Part shown: positions 23,746 to 38,100 of the stretch, one piece after another
How the letters are laid out: each line of letters starts with the position of its first letter
How positions within the stretch are numbered: position 1 is the stretch's first letter
Assembly (NCBI RefSeq): GCF_001194135.2
Contig: NC_068995.1
Location: 44,357,311-44,421,310, forward strand
Direction of reading: 5' to 3'
DNA length: 64,000 bases
From: Octopus bimaculoides
Taxonomy: Eukaryota
The notes under the pieces: generated by a model
The model's database searches: none
Told to the model about the DNA's origin: nothing
What the model saw: only the letters and a program-made list of their open reading frames with translations
Position numbers and translations under genes: made by a program

Positions 23746-26192
23746 CTGAAAGAAAGTAAATGGCTGAAATTACTGCCTGTTGATATGTGAACCTTTACCA
23801 TTCAGTTAGAGATGATTTTCTTTATATGCAGCACAAGATCTTTATGTGTGCATCTAACAGTATTACCATCTTGGATATGTAAGCAGCACTGTACTGTCGT
23901 CTCAGATGTTTATGTGTTTATATAGCAGTGTTACAGTGTGAGCAGTACTGTAATGTGGTCTAAGATATTTTTGTGTGAGTGTTTATATAGCGGTTGTGCT
24001 GTCTTAGATATGTGAGCAATACTGTAATGTGGGTTTTAAACTGTCAAGAGTAAGCAGCTGATCACATTAAAGTATTTTGTGGCCCTGAAAAGAAGACTCC
24101 TCCTTCAGAAGCAGTTTTAGCAATTATGTTATAGATGTACCATCACTAAGAGAGACAATCAGTGTTTCTAACAATGTTGAAGAGTTTAATTATATATTGT
24201 CCTTACAGAGAGGGTGTAGTTCTTTTGGAAGGTTAAGGAGGATTGAAGAATGGTATCACCTGTTTGTGATTAGAAGAGCAGGATCATTAATGCATAACTT
24301 ATTAATTTAACAACATAAATGAACAATAACCAAGTAATCAAACTATGGCAACTAGCTCTAAAGTAAAACAAAAAATAAATAAACCGGTAAAATTAATCTT
24401 GTTGCTGCTTAAATAGCCTCGAGCAGTCCAATAATACAGCAGTTTTAGCTGCTGGTTATTTAATAGCGAATGACAACTCAAAAGTCACTGCATGTGAAAC
24501 TCATTCAACAACGAGAGATAGAGAGAGAGAGTGAGGTGGAGGGAGGGAGCTCATTATTGTAAATGCTCAACCACCACAATCTGTGGGATTCAGCAATACA
24601 CAGTCCCAAGAGTAAAAAAGTTTCCATCCAACAACAAACATTCTCATATAATTTCACTTTTGTTTCTGTCTATCTCTTCCCCCACAACCACCATCATGTC
24701 CCCACCCAATTTGTCAAGTAGATTATCAAATTTAACAAAGCAGTCTTGTGTGTGCTTTGCTCCAGTCAAAACTAAACTGGCCAAGTTAATCAATTGTCCA
24801 GCTTTATCACATCCAACAATTATCAATTGCAGTTAAGCAGGGAATGGGTGTATATTAGCAGAGTAGTTGAGTTTTAATACATCAACCTCACACAAAAACT
24901 AAAATGGTTAATGAAAATATAATTCTAGCTACATTAAGCAGTTAACTGCTGTTGCTCCTGCTGCTACCATTACCACCACAACCATGACCACCATCCATGA
25001 TATATTTTACTTGTTGAAATTCATAATTCCATGTATTTCGAATTTCTTAGAAGTTCCATTTTTATCTTTTCAATATTTCAATTTTCTTCTATGGACCAGC
25101 AGCATAAGTCTGACAATTCTACAGCATCCCTGGACAACAATTAATCAACGTAACTTTATGAGGAAAACAAAATGATGAAATAGTTGCAAGATTCTAAAAT
25201 ATTTAATGAAATACCATAGAAACACATCCGATATAAGAGAAAATGTGAAGACAACGGTTTAGAATCTGATTGCATTGTACAGGCTTTCTGTGTATGCTTT
25301 AATGAATTTGAAGAGAGTAACTTTATGAAGATATTTTCATCATACTTTGTCTCCAAGTATATACAATGCTTACAATAGGTCAAGAACTTCATACTTTCCT
25401 AAATTCTCAACATCATCATCTAACCATCCCATCTGCAATATCTTATCATCAAACTACTTAATCTCAGGTCTTTCTTAGCTAATCCCTACTTTAGAGATTA
25501 TCCTATGTCTATACTCAACCTTCAGTTATTGATAACCCATGTCCCAATTAATTCTAAAATTAATTCACTTATCAAGAGTGAAAATTCAAAGTACAAAATA
25601 TAATAGCCTACTAAATTAGCTTTTAAGTTAAACAACCTACTTATTAAAATACACATTATACACTACAGCTATGAAAATAAACACTAAACCTATTTAAAAG
25701 TACAATCTGACTATACCTGTTAAAATACAGGTCATATACCGCATGGCAGATGCTCAATAGTGTGGATAGCACAAAAACACCCAGTACATGCTGTAAAATG
25801 GTTGGTGTTAAGAATGGTATCCAACCATAGAAACTATGCCAAAGCAGATGTGGAAGCAGTCCTTAGACCTGTCGGATCCTGTCAAACTATCCAACCCAAG
25901 CCAACATGGAACATGGATGTTAAATGATGATGATGATGATGGCACTATAGATATTGAAATACACAATGCAGTTTATTGAAATAGGCAATTTTCCTATTGA
26001 AATATACATCATAGGTACTGAAGTAGCGACGTAGCTATTAAAATACACAATCTAGCTATTAATATAGGCAATATAGCTACAGATATAGGCAACCTAGCTT
26101 TTAAAAATGCAGAAACAAATCTAAAATTCATAATGTGATCATCTTAAATACAAAAAGCGAAAAAGTGGAAAAGTCAGCAATCAAACACACGT

Positions 26193-26254
<62 letters not shown>

Positions 26255-26958
26255 CAAGATCTCAGTTTGAAGGTCAACGAAAATTACCATTGATAATTCA
26301 AAACAGTTAACAAATGTTATTTAGACAGTTCAATTTCCTGGGGTACATATTCACTAAACAATGATGAGTCAAAAGCTAAGGACAAGAGAAATTATAGAGT
26401 TTAAAAGTGACTGGTATAATTATCTGTAGCCATAGGTACCTATCATCAACATCATCATTATTATTATCATTACCATAGCTGTTATGTTTGCTTTTTCCAT
26501 ACTGGCATGGGTTGAATGAGCATAATTGTGATTGTATTCTTTGGACAGACGAAGCCTCCTGCTGATGCCCACACTGACTTGCTTTCAACTGAAGTACTTT
26601 ATTCCAATGGCTTTCATGTGTTGAACTGCCAAGTTACAAGACTTATTATAGCTACCAAAGTATTGCCAATGTAAAGACATACGGAGACAAATATATATAA
26701 CACATCCTCATCTTTATACATAGAGATTACAGGCACACACACAAACACATCACACTGCGCACACACACTTTTTACTTTCACAGATTTACTTACAAGACAC
26801 TGATCAATCTGAAACTATAATATCTGAAACTTATCCAAGGTACCACACAATGGAATCGAACCCAAGACTATGATGTTGCAAAGCAAGTTTGTTAATCATA
26901 GTCATTAAAACTAAGAACTATTTACCTACTGCTAGCAGAAATAAATCTCTATTTACCT

Positions 26959-27326
26959 GCATATATGGGTACAGGACGTCACCAACGATGCAAATAACAT
27001 GAAACACCTAAACAAACGAGGGAAAAACAAGTGAAATATGTAAACAACAAGAAGAAAAAAAGATGGAAAACAGGACAAGTAAACACAGAGAAAGGACCCT
27101 TCATCCGTTGTCAGCTATCTATCTACTCCTCATTTCAAGCATTCAACGAAATGAGGAGTAGGTAGACAGCTGACAACTGATGAAGGGTCCTTTCTCTGTG
27201 TTTACTTGCCCTGTTTTCCATCTTTTTTTTCTTCTCATTATTTACATATTTCACTTGTTTTTCTCTCGTTTGTTTAGGCATTTCATGGTATTTGCACCAT
27301 TGGTAACATCCTGTATCCATATATGC
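26959..27326. mobile_element. 368-bp near-perfect palindromic element (gggtacaggac family)
   Basis: gcatatatgggtacagga...ctcctcatttc [aagcattcaac] gaaatgaggag...tcctgtatccatatatgc. The arms are complementary over their whole length. Confidence 0.9.
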
Positions 27327-27327
27327 A

Positions 27328-27385
<58 letters not shown>

Positions 27386-27424
27386 TATTTATTACTTAAT
27401 TGAACGTGATGCATCCATTTCCAA

Positions 27425-27845
27425 GTAAGTTCATCTACTATTTACCTAGAGCTAACAGAAATAAAACTCTACCATATACCTATTGCTAACAGCAATAAAA
27501 CTGTACTATTTATCTACTGCTATCAGAAATAAAACTGTACTATCTAGTGTGAGCTGCAGTAAAATTCTACTATTTACCTATTGCTATCAGAAATAAAGCT
27601 GTACTATTCACCTGAAAACTCTACTATTTACCTACAGCTAGCAGGAATAAAACTATGCTATTTACCTATTACTAGCAGTAATAAAATTGTACTATTACCT
27701 ACTGCTATCAGAAATAAAACTGTACTATTTATCTACTGCTAACAGCTACCTACTGCCTGCAGTAATAGAACTGTACTATTGACCTACTCCTAGCAGCAAT
27801 GAAACTGTACTATTTACCTACAGCTAGCAGCAATAAAACTGTATA
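27425..27845. repeat. 34-bp minisatellite (~12 degenerate units)
   Basis: Unit ~tatttacctactgctagcagaaataaaactgtac. Period 34 between 27501/27535 and 27771/27805; one further unit at ~26920-26958. Confidence 0.9.
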
Positions 27846-28114
27846 TCATTTATCTGCCATATGGAAACCGATAATATATCAATGACTTAACAACTGTATC
27901 ATGATCATGCAGCAAGATGGCAGAGTCCATAGAGCAGTGGACAAAAGACCTGATACCATTCATGACTGTGTGTTCATAGCTCAAATCTCACAAGTTCAAT
28001 TAACCTTCCTTTCTCTGTCCAAGGTTGATAAAATCATTACCAATTGGCAAAATATCCACTGAACAATAACAGAATTCAAACTTAAAACTTTCCCCACTCT
28101 CTCACTCACTCACT

Positions 28115-28195
<81 letters not shown>

Positions 28196-31100
28196 TGAAC
28201 AAACATTAAAAAATATTTCATTTTATGTTAATTACAAAAACAATAGATCTGAGTTACTAAACAACCCTACAATTGAGACTATTCCACACAGAAAGCAGTG
28301 ACCCAATATAATCACAATCCAATGAATGAAACCAATAAAAGCATAAAAGATCTTATCTACCCTCAGGTGTTCTTTAACACAGGTGTTATTTTAAATCAAT
28401 TCCAACGTTAACCATAACAATAGTTAGCAAAATATCTCTATTTTTCTTCTTTACCAGTCTTCTCTGGTACAAAGAGTGGTTGATGTCTCTTCTACTTAAG
28501 CTACCTGTCCATCAGCCCTATCTATTTATCATTAACTACAAGCTAAGTATCTCTTTAACTCATGATATCAACTTTGGTTTATTTTAAGGCTCATGTCTGC
28601 CATTGTGTTCTGCATTTTAATCACTACTTATTGTCACACACACCCTGTCTACGCATACCATATTTCTATCCATCTTAATCATAACTACCTACAGGCATAA
28701 TCTAGATAGTCCACTGCCAAACATGCACTACCTCCATGAACAGAAACCCAGGGGACTCCCGATGCAATTACTATACAAATCTCGGAAATAATCTTTCACT
28801 ACACTATCACTTCATGTAAAAATAATCATTAAAATTCCCAAAAGGAATAAAAGGAGATCAATAGGTGCAGAAAGATGCTGTACTACTGATATATGTATGA
28901 CTATGATCTACACAGAACTATAAGCGTAATATATGTCTCTGTCTTTCATATGATTAGTTACCTTCAAATATCCTCTCACAACATGTACAAGGTATTTATG
29001 TAAACTTTCCACAAAAGAATAATTCTGCTAATACCAAAAGAGAATGAGATTTAAGGTAGAGTCAAGAACACTTTATTTTACTTTAAAAAAAAAAAAGAAG
29101 AAAAAAAAAACCTGTCTTTTCGGATTTTTATAAAGAAATGTAATTGGTTTCAACTTATGGCACAAGACCAGCAATTTCAGGGGAGAGGGTAAGTCAATGA
29201 CATCAACTCCAGTGCTCAACTGGTATATACTTTACTGAGCCCAATTGGATGAAAGGTAAGGTCAACCTCAGCAAAATTTGAACTCAATATGTAAGGATGG
29301 GTGAAATGCAGCCAAGCATTTTGCCCAACATGCTCACAATTCTGCCAGCTTACCACTTTAATTTAGAAGTGTAACTGAAAAGTATAAACAGAGAAACACA
29401 CCAATCAACTAAGATAATTAGCAGTATGTCTCCAACTCTCTGTTTGTCCAACCCCTCCAACTGTGTCTGAATTCGCTGGAAATATCAAGAGGTCATTCAG
29501 TTAAGTGAGCTATGATAATTTTAATTTTACCATGTTTGAAGTTCCTGGAAATGTTGACAGGTTATTGAGTTACCTAACTGATGATATTTTCACTATTTCT
29601 GTATTTTGAAGAAACACTAACAGGTTATTTAGTTAGAAATGTACATTAGTTAACTGTTCACATATACATTACATAGAGGTGTGTGTATGTGCGCATGTAT
29701 ATACTATTAAATGATAATGAAGAACATATTTTATTTAATTAATTCCTTTTAATACAGTTTGCTACTAGTAATTAACTATCAAACGGTACACACTAGCAGG
29801 TGTGTGTGTGCACATGCAAGTGTGCATATGTATAGTAATGGTTAAATACACCAATGGTTAAATAGAACAGTAAACAACAGTCAACAGACTCAGTCTAAAT
29901 CAAATGCCACATCTATAGAGTGATGTTGGCATGGTTCTTCCATTAAATTAAACAGAATAACTGTGGAAAGAATCAAACACTGTAACACAAAACATCACAA
30001 TGATTTAATTGTAATATTAGAAAGGTTGTTTCCAAGCCACATGGTTTTAGGTTCAGTTCTATTGTGACCTTGAGTAAGTGTCTTCTACTATAGCCATGAT
30101 CTGACCAAAGACTTGCGAGTGGCTTTGGTAGATGGAAAGCCCTCTGTGTGCGTGTGTGTGTGTGTGTGCGTGCATGCACATGGATGTGTGTGCATGTATG
30201 CACATGGATGTGTGTGTGCATGCGTGCACATGGATGTGTGTGTGCACGCATGCATGCATGCATGCATGTTAGTATCACCTTGTCTAGGCATCACATGATT
30301 GTTGTAAATGAGCATCACCATCACACAAGTGGTGTCTGTTTCCAATCGTCTTTGAAAGTATGTCTGGTCATTGGGGAAATATTACCTGACTAAGAAACAG
30401 GTAAGGGTTGGCAACAACAAGGGTATCCAACCATAAAAAGAAAACCTGTTTTAATGAATTCTGAGCAAACTTGACAAGCATGGAAAAGTGGTTACTGAAA
30501 TGATGATTAGGATAATTGACTTTCTGCCATTGTACTTTTTCATATGATAATGTGCAAATAGTAATAAAGATTTATAACATCAAATCTAACCCAAGAACTA
30601 TTGTGCCTAAGACATTTATTGAATATATCAACACATAGTTTCTTTTTATTGATTTCCAGGTATTTGGCCTGAGTGATTGATTTAAATGTCACCAGAACCA
30701 TTCTGTGATGTCTACTGAACCATCAGTTACCATTCCTTCATACACACTCAACTATTCAACTGTCTTTACAATCTTTCTGATTTCTTTATTTTCTACACAA
30801 GTTTATATTAGATCTATTGATGTTTATATCAATTTCATTCAAATACTAAATAGCAAAAATTAAGTCATTAGACTAATCAATCTTTTTTTTTTCTTGTATT
30901 TATTTTCAGCATTTCTTGGAAACCTCCAGATTAGCAAGCCAACAAAGGAGCCTCTATGTAGTCACACAACTAGATAGAAACAGTAAACAAGTCTCCTTCA
31001 AATTACACGTTATTTAAAAAAAATGAAAGGACATATTGGATAGTAAAATCACTATGTTTGAATAAAAAGATAGTAATGACTGAATCATCTTTGATCATAA

Positions 31101-31668
31101 GTCTACAGGATCAGGACTAACCTGAAGTTAAATAACAACAACAGTAATTTTCAAATTAAGCCACTATCAAGATACTGCACCTATATGTTTGATAACTCAT
31201 CGATGTTAGAAAAGAGAGAAGAAGAAAGAAAAGATAGAGCCACTAACATCAAGTCAATGACAGAGTGCACTTAAATATTAAATTGACAATACGATTCCTG
31301 CTAGAACATTTTAGCTCCATATCATCTGCTGGAGAAAGTCTTTTGAAAATCAACTGCATTGATTATTTCACACCTACCAAATACAATTGTTTGTACTCAA
31401 TACTTATGAAAAGTATCAGAGTAGATTATTCGAGTTACAAGTCCAATAGGCTTTCAACTGACACTCTGCATCAAAGAATTGGTTAAAAGAAAGGAAGTTA
31501 TTATTATTTGTTGATGACTTTACAAACTCATTATTCTTCAAACCCAACTGGGAGAAAATACTTTAAGGTGTTCATTTCAGGCAACAGATTAAAGTTGGTT
31601 TCTGTTTAAAAAAATGAGAATTTCTTAAAAAAAAAAAAAAACTGTAAACTCTAAAATGTTTTTATACT

Positions 31669-31739
<71 letters not shown>

Positions 31740-32309
31740 AATGTGTGTGTATACATTCATTCTTAATCTGAGGACTGATCTACTCAAAGCCATGATAATC
31801 ACAGGGTTGCTGTGTGTGTAGGCATGCGTATAAATATATACATACACATATACATAATTATATATATATATGTATATACACACACACACACACATACCTA
31901 TGTATACATATATACATGTACATACTGAGTAACCTCCGCCACACCAACTAATATGGCTCCAAAAAGCATGGCTCTTGAATTAAAACAGTTTATAAATTAA
32001 CACCAACACCCCCTCATGCACACACAAAAAGTATATAAATATATGCACACTAAACAGACCACAACTTAACCAAGATCACATGTCTAAAACAACAAATCAG
32101 AGCAATCCATTTGCCAGCAGCTGTTGTATGATGGTTAGCTGCCATATGAATTGTAACCTCCCCCCACCACCATCTTGTTTGTTTTATATAAAGTGAGGGG
32201 GCCTAACCTTGATTAAAAAGAGTAATATAAACCAAAATAGAATATGTAATCCAACCTCAATAACTATGGATAAAATATAGACTGACAAGAAAAGTTCTGG
32301 TGTTAAGAA

Positions 32310-32780
32310 AAAAATAAGAAGAAAGTTTTAATTACAGATGATAAATAAGTTATAAAAAGATATGAACGTGGTGACAGTAACACAGAAATAGGCCTGGCTT
32401 GGAAATGGATGAAGCAACAGTGCAAACAATTATAAAGAAACATAAATGACTTCTTGGTAATAGATAAAGCTACATTAAGTTTGGGTAAGTAGACAGAGGG
32501 CCATTACTAAAATGGAGTATCTTTTTACCTTTGTGTATGGAAGTCTGCAACAAAAAAATTTCATTTCTCTAATGAGTATGACAAAGCTTTGAGTAGCTTT
32601 ACTGCAATTAAAGGCAATTGAACAGGAAAAAAATGAGATCGCTGATAGGACTACAGAAACTTTTACTGTTAGTTCTGGTTGGTTTGACAGATTCAAAACT
32701 CAAAAAAACATTCATTAGGATTGTTTAAATGGTGAGGCTAAAAGTGGAGATCAAAATCTTCCTGGATAGTAAACCAATAT
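32310..32780 (+). mobile_element. Tigger/pogo transposase fossil (psq and CENP-B HTH domains)
   Basis: IKRYERGDSNTEIGLA..MDEATVQTIIKK and TFTVSSGWFDRFK....LNGEAKSGD, matching the F.AS.GW..RFK.R...GE..SAD motif. Confidence 0.75.
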
Positions 32781-33960
32781 TTTGAAAAAGAAAAAAAAAA
32801 ATCTAAAAAAAGGAGGAGAAGCAACCAATTGAGAAGTTGATGAAAACTTACAACAATTGAGGGAATTTGACCAGAAAAGAATTCAATTCAATGTTTTGAG
32901 AATTTGAAAAGTTCAAGCAATTGATAATATCAACCCTGATATTGAGTAAAACATACAAGTTTAATGAAATATGAAGAAAGAACTTTGCTGTGACCAGCAG
33001 ATGTATACAGAGTAAAAGCAATAAAATGATACAAATTGCTATGGTTCATTATCTTTCCAAAGAAATAAATTTGTGAAATTATATTATTTTCCTCTCATGT
33101 TTAAGTACCACATAAACATGTCCTTCTGAATAAACTGTTAACTACAAAATAAGAAACAAAAAAATATTTGGCTAGCATTTTGAAAGTTCTTGAACTCATA
33201 ACAACATTTCTTATATGTTTCATGTTAATAAGAATTTTATTGTACATGTAAAATATATGGTAAGAAGTTTGCTTCACAACCACATGGTTCCAGGTTGGCA
33301 CACTGGACAAGTATCCAAGTGTCTTCTATTATAGCCTCAAGCTGACCAAAGCCTTGTGAGTGGATTTGGCAGACGGAAACTGAAAGAAGCCAGTTGTGTG
33401 TGTGTGTGTGTCACCTCCACTGCTGCTTGATAACTGGTGTTGGTGTATTTACATTCCCGTAACTTAATGGCTCGGCAAAAAAGATCAACAGAATAAATGT
33501 CAAGCTTAAAAAAATAAGTACTAGGGTTGATTCTTTAACTAAAATTCTTCAAGGCAGTGCCTCAGAATGGCTGCAGTCTATATATATATATATATAATCA
33601 TCATCATCATCATTTAACATCTGTTTTCCACGCTGGCATGGGTTGAATGGTTTGACAGGAGGTGGTGTGCCAGAGGACTGTACCAAGCTCTACTGTCTGA
33701 TTTGGCAGGGTTTCTATGACTGGATGCCCTTCCCAACACCAACCACTTTACAGGCGGTACTGAATGCTTTTTGCATGGTACTAGCACTAGCGAGTCACTA
33801 AGAACCTTGCAATAGAAGACCCCTCAACTGAAGGAGGAATAAGTGTTGAGGGAAGTGGTTTTATGCTAGATGATGAGAGGTTAGAGTAGTAGAAGGATAG
33901 AAACAGGTGTCTCGCTGTAAAGGACATACATGGCTACCCCAGTTGGAAAAGAGAAACAAA

Positions 33961-34052
<92 letters not shown>

Positions 34053-34829
34053 CGGTGGTGGAGATCTGTTACAGAGAGGTGTATACAAGTGAAGTGGTAG
34101 AGAGGATTAGATAGGGTGAATGGTCCAACCCATGCCAGTGGGGAACATAGATGTTAAATGATTATATAACTAGGAAGTTATTACTATATGATGACAGTTA
34201 TGTAGTAATTATTTTAATCAGCTGCAACTCATTAGGCTATTAATTTTATCTTTTTGTATTATTTACATTACCATTAGTGTACTTTCCTATTATACTTTCC
34301 CCAATTCCTTTTGATTTTTGAGTTCAAACTTAGTTCAAGGCAATTTGTAAATGTAAATTACAGCACAATTGTAAAATATGCTAACAGAAATGTAGTGTTG
34401 ATAAAACTTCAACTCACGAGGTTTATAATCCAACTAGTAATTATTTAAAAAGATAATTAATTCAAATATAATACACAACTTTATTTTCATAGTTAATGTT
34501 TTTTTTAACAAATTAGTCAGGAGAGATAAGACAACATCCACGACCTTTGCCAACCCTCCCAGGGATGGTGAGAAGATTGATGCAGCCTTTACCAGGTAAA
34601 ACAATGCAAATGAACACACCTAGCCACTCTACAAAATAGAGACTGTGAGGTAAAAGTTTAACCTTAACGTGTTGTATCAGATATGAAAATGAATCAAGTT
34701 AAATAAAGACATGCTAGAGTAATATGCTAATGAAAGCTGTTGCTTGTAATTGGCATCTCATGTCCAAATATTAGAATTGATGATGGATTAATAAATTGAT
34801 ATTTATAGATATAAGAGGAGGTGAGAGTG

Positions 34830-35175
34830 GTGCCTGACTGGCTCCTGTGCCGGTGGCACGTAAAAAACACCATTTTAGTGTGGTCGTTGCCTGTGCTACC
34901 TGACTGGCTACTGTGCCAGTGACACATAAAAAGTGCCATTTGAGCATGGTCAATGATTGTACCGCCTGACTGGCCCTCGTGCTGGTGGCATGTAAAAAGC
35001 ACCCACTACACTCTTGGAGTGGTTGGCGTTAGGAAGGGCAACGAGCTGTAGGAACTTTGCCAGATCAGATTGGAGCCTGGTGCAGCCTTCTGGTTTGCCA
35101 GCCCTCAGTCAAACCATCAAACCCATGCCAGCATGGAAAGCAGATGTTAAACAACAATGATGATGATGATGATGA
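34830..35175 (+). mobile_element. SINE with three internal ~62-bp tandem units and (GAT)n tail
   Basis: ctgactggc..tgtgcc.gtggcacgtaaaaa repeated three times, then the common SINE body and tail. Confidence 0.8.
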
Positions 35176-38100
35176 ACATCATCTGTGGTCAGAAACAAAG
35201 ATATTCTAATAATCTTGCAATTATTTTAAAGTTTCCATTATAAGGAAATAATTACATTGTGAATACATCATAAATATATATCAATTATTTTTAATTCATA
35301 ACAAAATTGTATAATTTATTGTATATTAAACAATCATTTATATCTATTTGTTATCTTATGTTGAAAATTATAAAAAAAAACAGTCATTAAAATTATTCAT
35401 GTTGAACCATGATTCCTTTGGATGTTGACAATGCACTGGTAGTTAATTGGTGTATAATGTCTTTAACAGGCTTGTGAATGAGTTGACCTTCACACCACCA
35501 CTAATTTTAGAAGGAGCACATCATCAACATTTGTGCACATACACAGTACTAAATGCATTATTTTAATTTAATAACTCAAATATTCCAGGACAATAACAAC
35601 CAATACAACCCAGTTTCATTCTCATTATCATCCACTTTTCCGTGTTTGCATGGGTCAAACAGGATTTATTGATGCAAACTTTCTCTGGCTGGACTCTTGC
35701 AGCCAACCCTCACCAGTTTCTAAGCAAGTTATTATTCTACCATGGAAAACAGGAAACAAACAACATAGCTTGTATGATGGTGATGGATGCTCATTTACTG
35801 AACCTAGTCGTATGGTTGGGAAGCGACCTTGTTAACCACACCAAATTAAGAGCCCTTCACAATTAAAGACCTTTACTTTCATTCTAACTGGTTATATTTC
35901 CTTGGTTGGTGAGCTACCTCCTTTATCATGGCTAACTTTCTATCATCATTTCTAAACTGCCATAACTACTCACAAGCTTCAAAACCTCAGACACCCATAC
36001 ATTTATCTAGCTTGATAACAATACTTTCAATTTCTACACCATGTATGTTGTCACCACTGCTTCTTCATGGTTTGTATCTTTTGACATTCTAATGCTTTGT
36101 TGCACCAACTGATAAGGATTCAGTAGGATTTCTATCAACATATATTTCAAAACAAATGTAGCAAGTTTGTCCTTAGTCTTGCACAACAGCAACAACTAAT
36201 CACATCTTCTCAATATATTTGCACAGCATCAGGGTATGGAGGTTCCAAACTGCCTCAGACAGGCCCCTGTATGCTTTGGAAGGCTCGGAAAGAGAATCTT
36301 TCTAAACAATCATCTCAAACTCCATATCAAGGTTCTTGTCTACTGGGTAACTTGTATTCCCCCTTTCCGGCATAGATGCAACATATGGACCACAGGCAGC
36401 CAACACATTAAGAGGTCTTTTAACATCCTGTGTCTGCAGAAGATCTTTTCGATTATTTACTGAACAAGATAGGATTATACACACCAAAATCCTCCATCAA
36501 AACCAACACAAGCAGCATTGAATCCACACATTACAGCCATCATATCAGCTGTAGTGTGCCTGTAGTATCCTCCTCTGCAACAAACTACACCACCGACACT
36601 GACAGCCGAAAAAGCTGTTTAAAGAAGATCACTTTGAAGAGAACATCAACCCTTTAAAGGTGAAAGACACTGGTGGTCTCGCTTTTGAGAGAGGATTGAA
36701 AATGTGAAGAAAATGACCTAGCACAATCAGAAAAAGAATAAAAAAAAAAGAAAGAGGCAAGCACACAGTGTAATACCTAGCTTCTCTAACAAAACATTTA
36801 TGTATCCCGTCAGCAACCGAAACTGTACATCAAAGATTGGGATGTACAACCATCAAAAGATCCGCAGATGAAGAAGATGGTCATTTGGTCATCAGATTTG
36901 ATTGAAAACCACAAACAAGGAGGTCTGTATTAATTTAACATCTCTTTAAAAAATATATATACTAACATGGTAATTGCCAAACATATATCATTAATATTTT
37001 CTCGCAAAAATAAAATGCATTAAATTTGGTCTAATGATTTAAACAAGTGTTTTTACACGGAAAGACAGCGTATTGTGTGTAGAGAGAAGTGGAAGAGGAA
37101 GAAGAAATAAAGCTAGGAAGAATGAGAACAATTTAAATTGCTTTGTGGAGCGGGGAGAGGTGGGAGAGAGAAAGTAGGTCAAAATAGGTGGATTTTTTTT
37201 CATATATATACTTAAAAGGGAAGAGAGCAAAGGAGATAATAATTTATCAAAAAATCTTTTTCTAAGATACTGGAAACCAGAGGGGAAATGTAAGATATGG
37301 AACAATGATAATGTTGATAAAGTATATGACAGAAGATGGTGGTGAGAGGAAGACACACAAAAAAAAAAAAAAAATGAAAAAAACCCTCCAAGATGTCCAA
37401 CAAAAGGAAGGAAGCATTTGTACTTATTTCATATTAGCCAAATAAAAATCTACATAAATTTCTGGCACTAACAAGATCAGTGATAGATGATCTACTTCTA
37501 GTAGTGCCTGCCTACAATACAGTAGAGTAATAGTTGTAGTAGTAGCAGCAGCAGCAGAAGAAGTAGTAGTAGTAGTAAGAGCAATAACCATGGTAGCTGT
37601 GTCTTACTACTATTATAGCAAAGGTGGCAGCAGCAGCAGCAGTAGTAACAACAAATGTGTTCAGTGATTATCTATGCCTTTTCCAGCAACAAGCTGCCAG
37701 TTGTAGGAGCTAGCTTTAGTAAACCTTATACTATGATTTGCATCTGATCATCCCTGCAGAAGAAACAACAATAATGAAGAGAATGGGTGAGGGGTGAGGA
37801 AGCTACCTAGCATGTAACATGTAATTAATAGAAATTTTAATAAGCATTAAAAATATATATATTAGATTGGATGTCAAAATAAATAAATAATAATTAAACA
37901 AAATATAAATATGCAGTCCTTAGAATAGTGCTGCAGATAAATTTTGGAATCTATGTTTTTCCAATAATAATAATAATAATAATAATAGCTATAAGTTCGA
38001 AAATGATAATAATATTGTTATGCTGTATTATTTATTGATAAATGCTGTTGAAGAAAGCAATAACAACCGAAAGGACACAGAAAGGAGAAAGGCCTTGAAC

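Noticed and set aside
8310-30670. Plus-strand pyrimidine-tract AG|GT junctions (8330, 9467, 30660) as recursive splice sites of an antisense gene
   Set aside because: There is no independent evidence for a plus-strand gene, and such motifs are expected by chance in AT-rich DNA.
36840-36900. Box C/D snoRNA from a TGATGA motif on the minus strand
   Set aside because: No convincing box D with a terminal stem at a suitable distance, and TGATGA is ubiquitous here because of (GAT)n tails.
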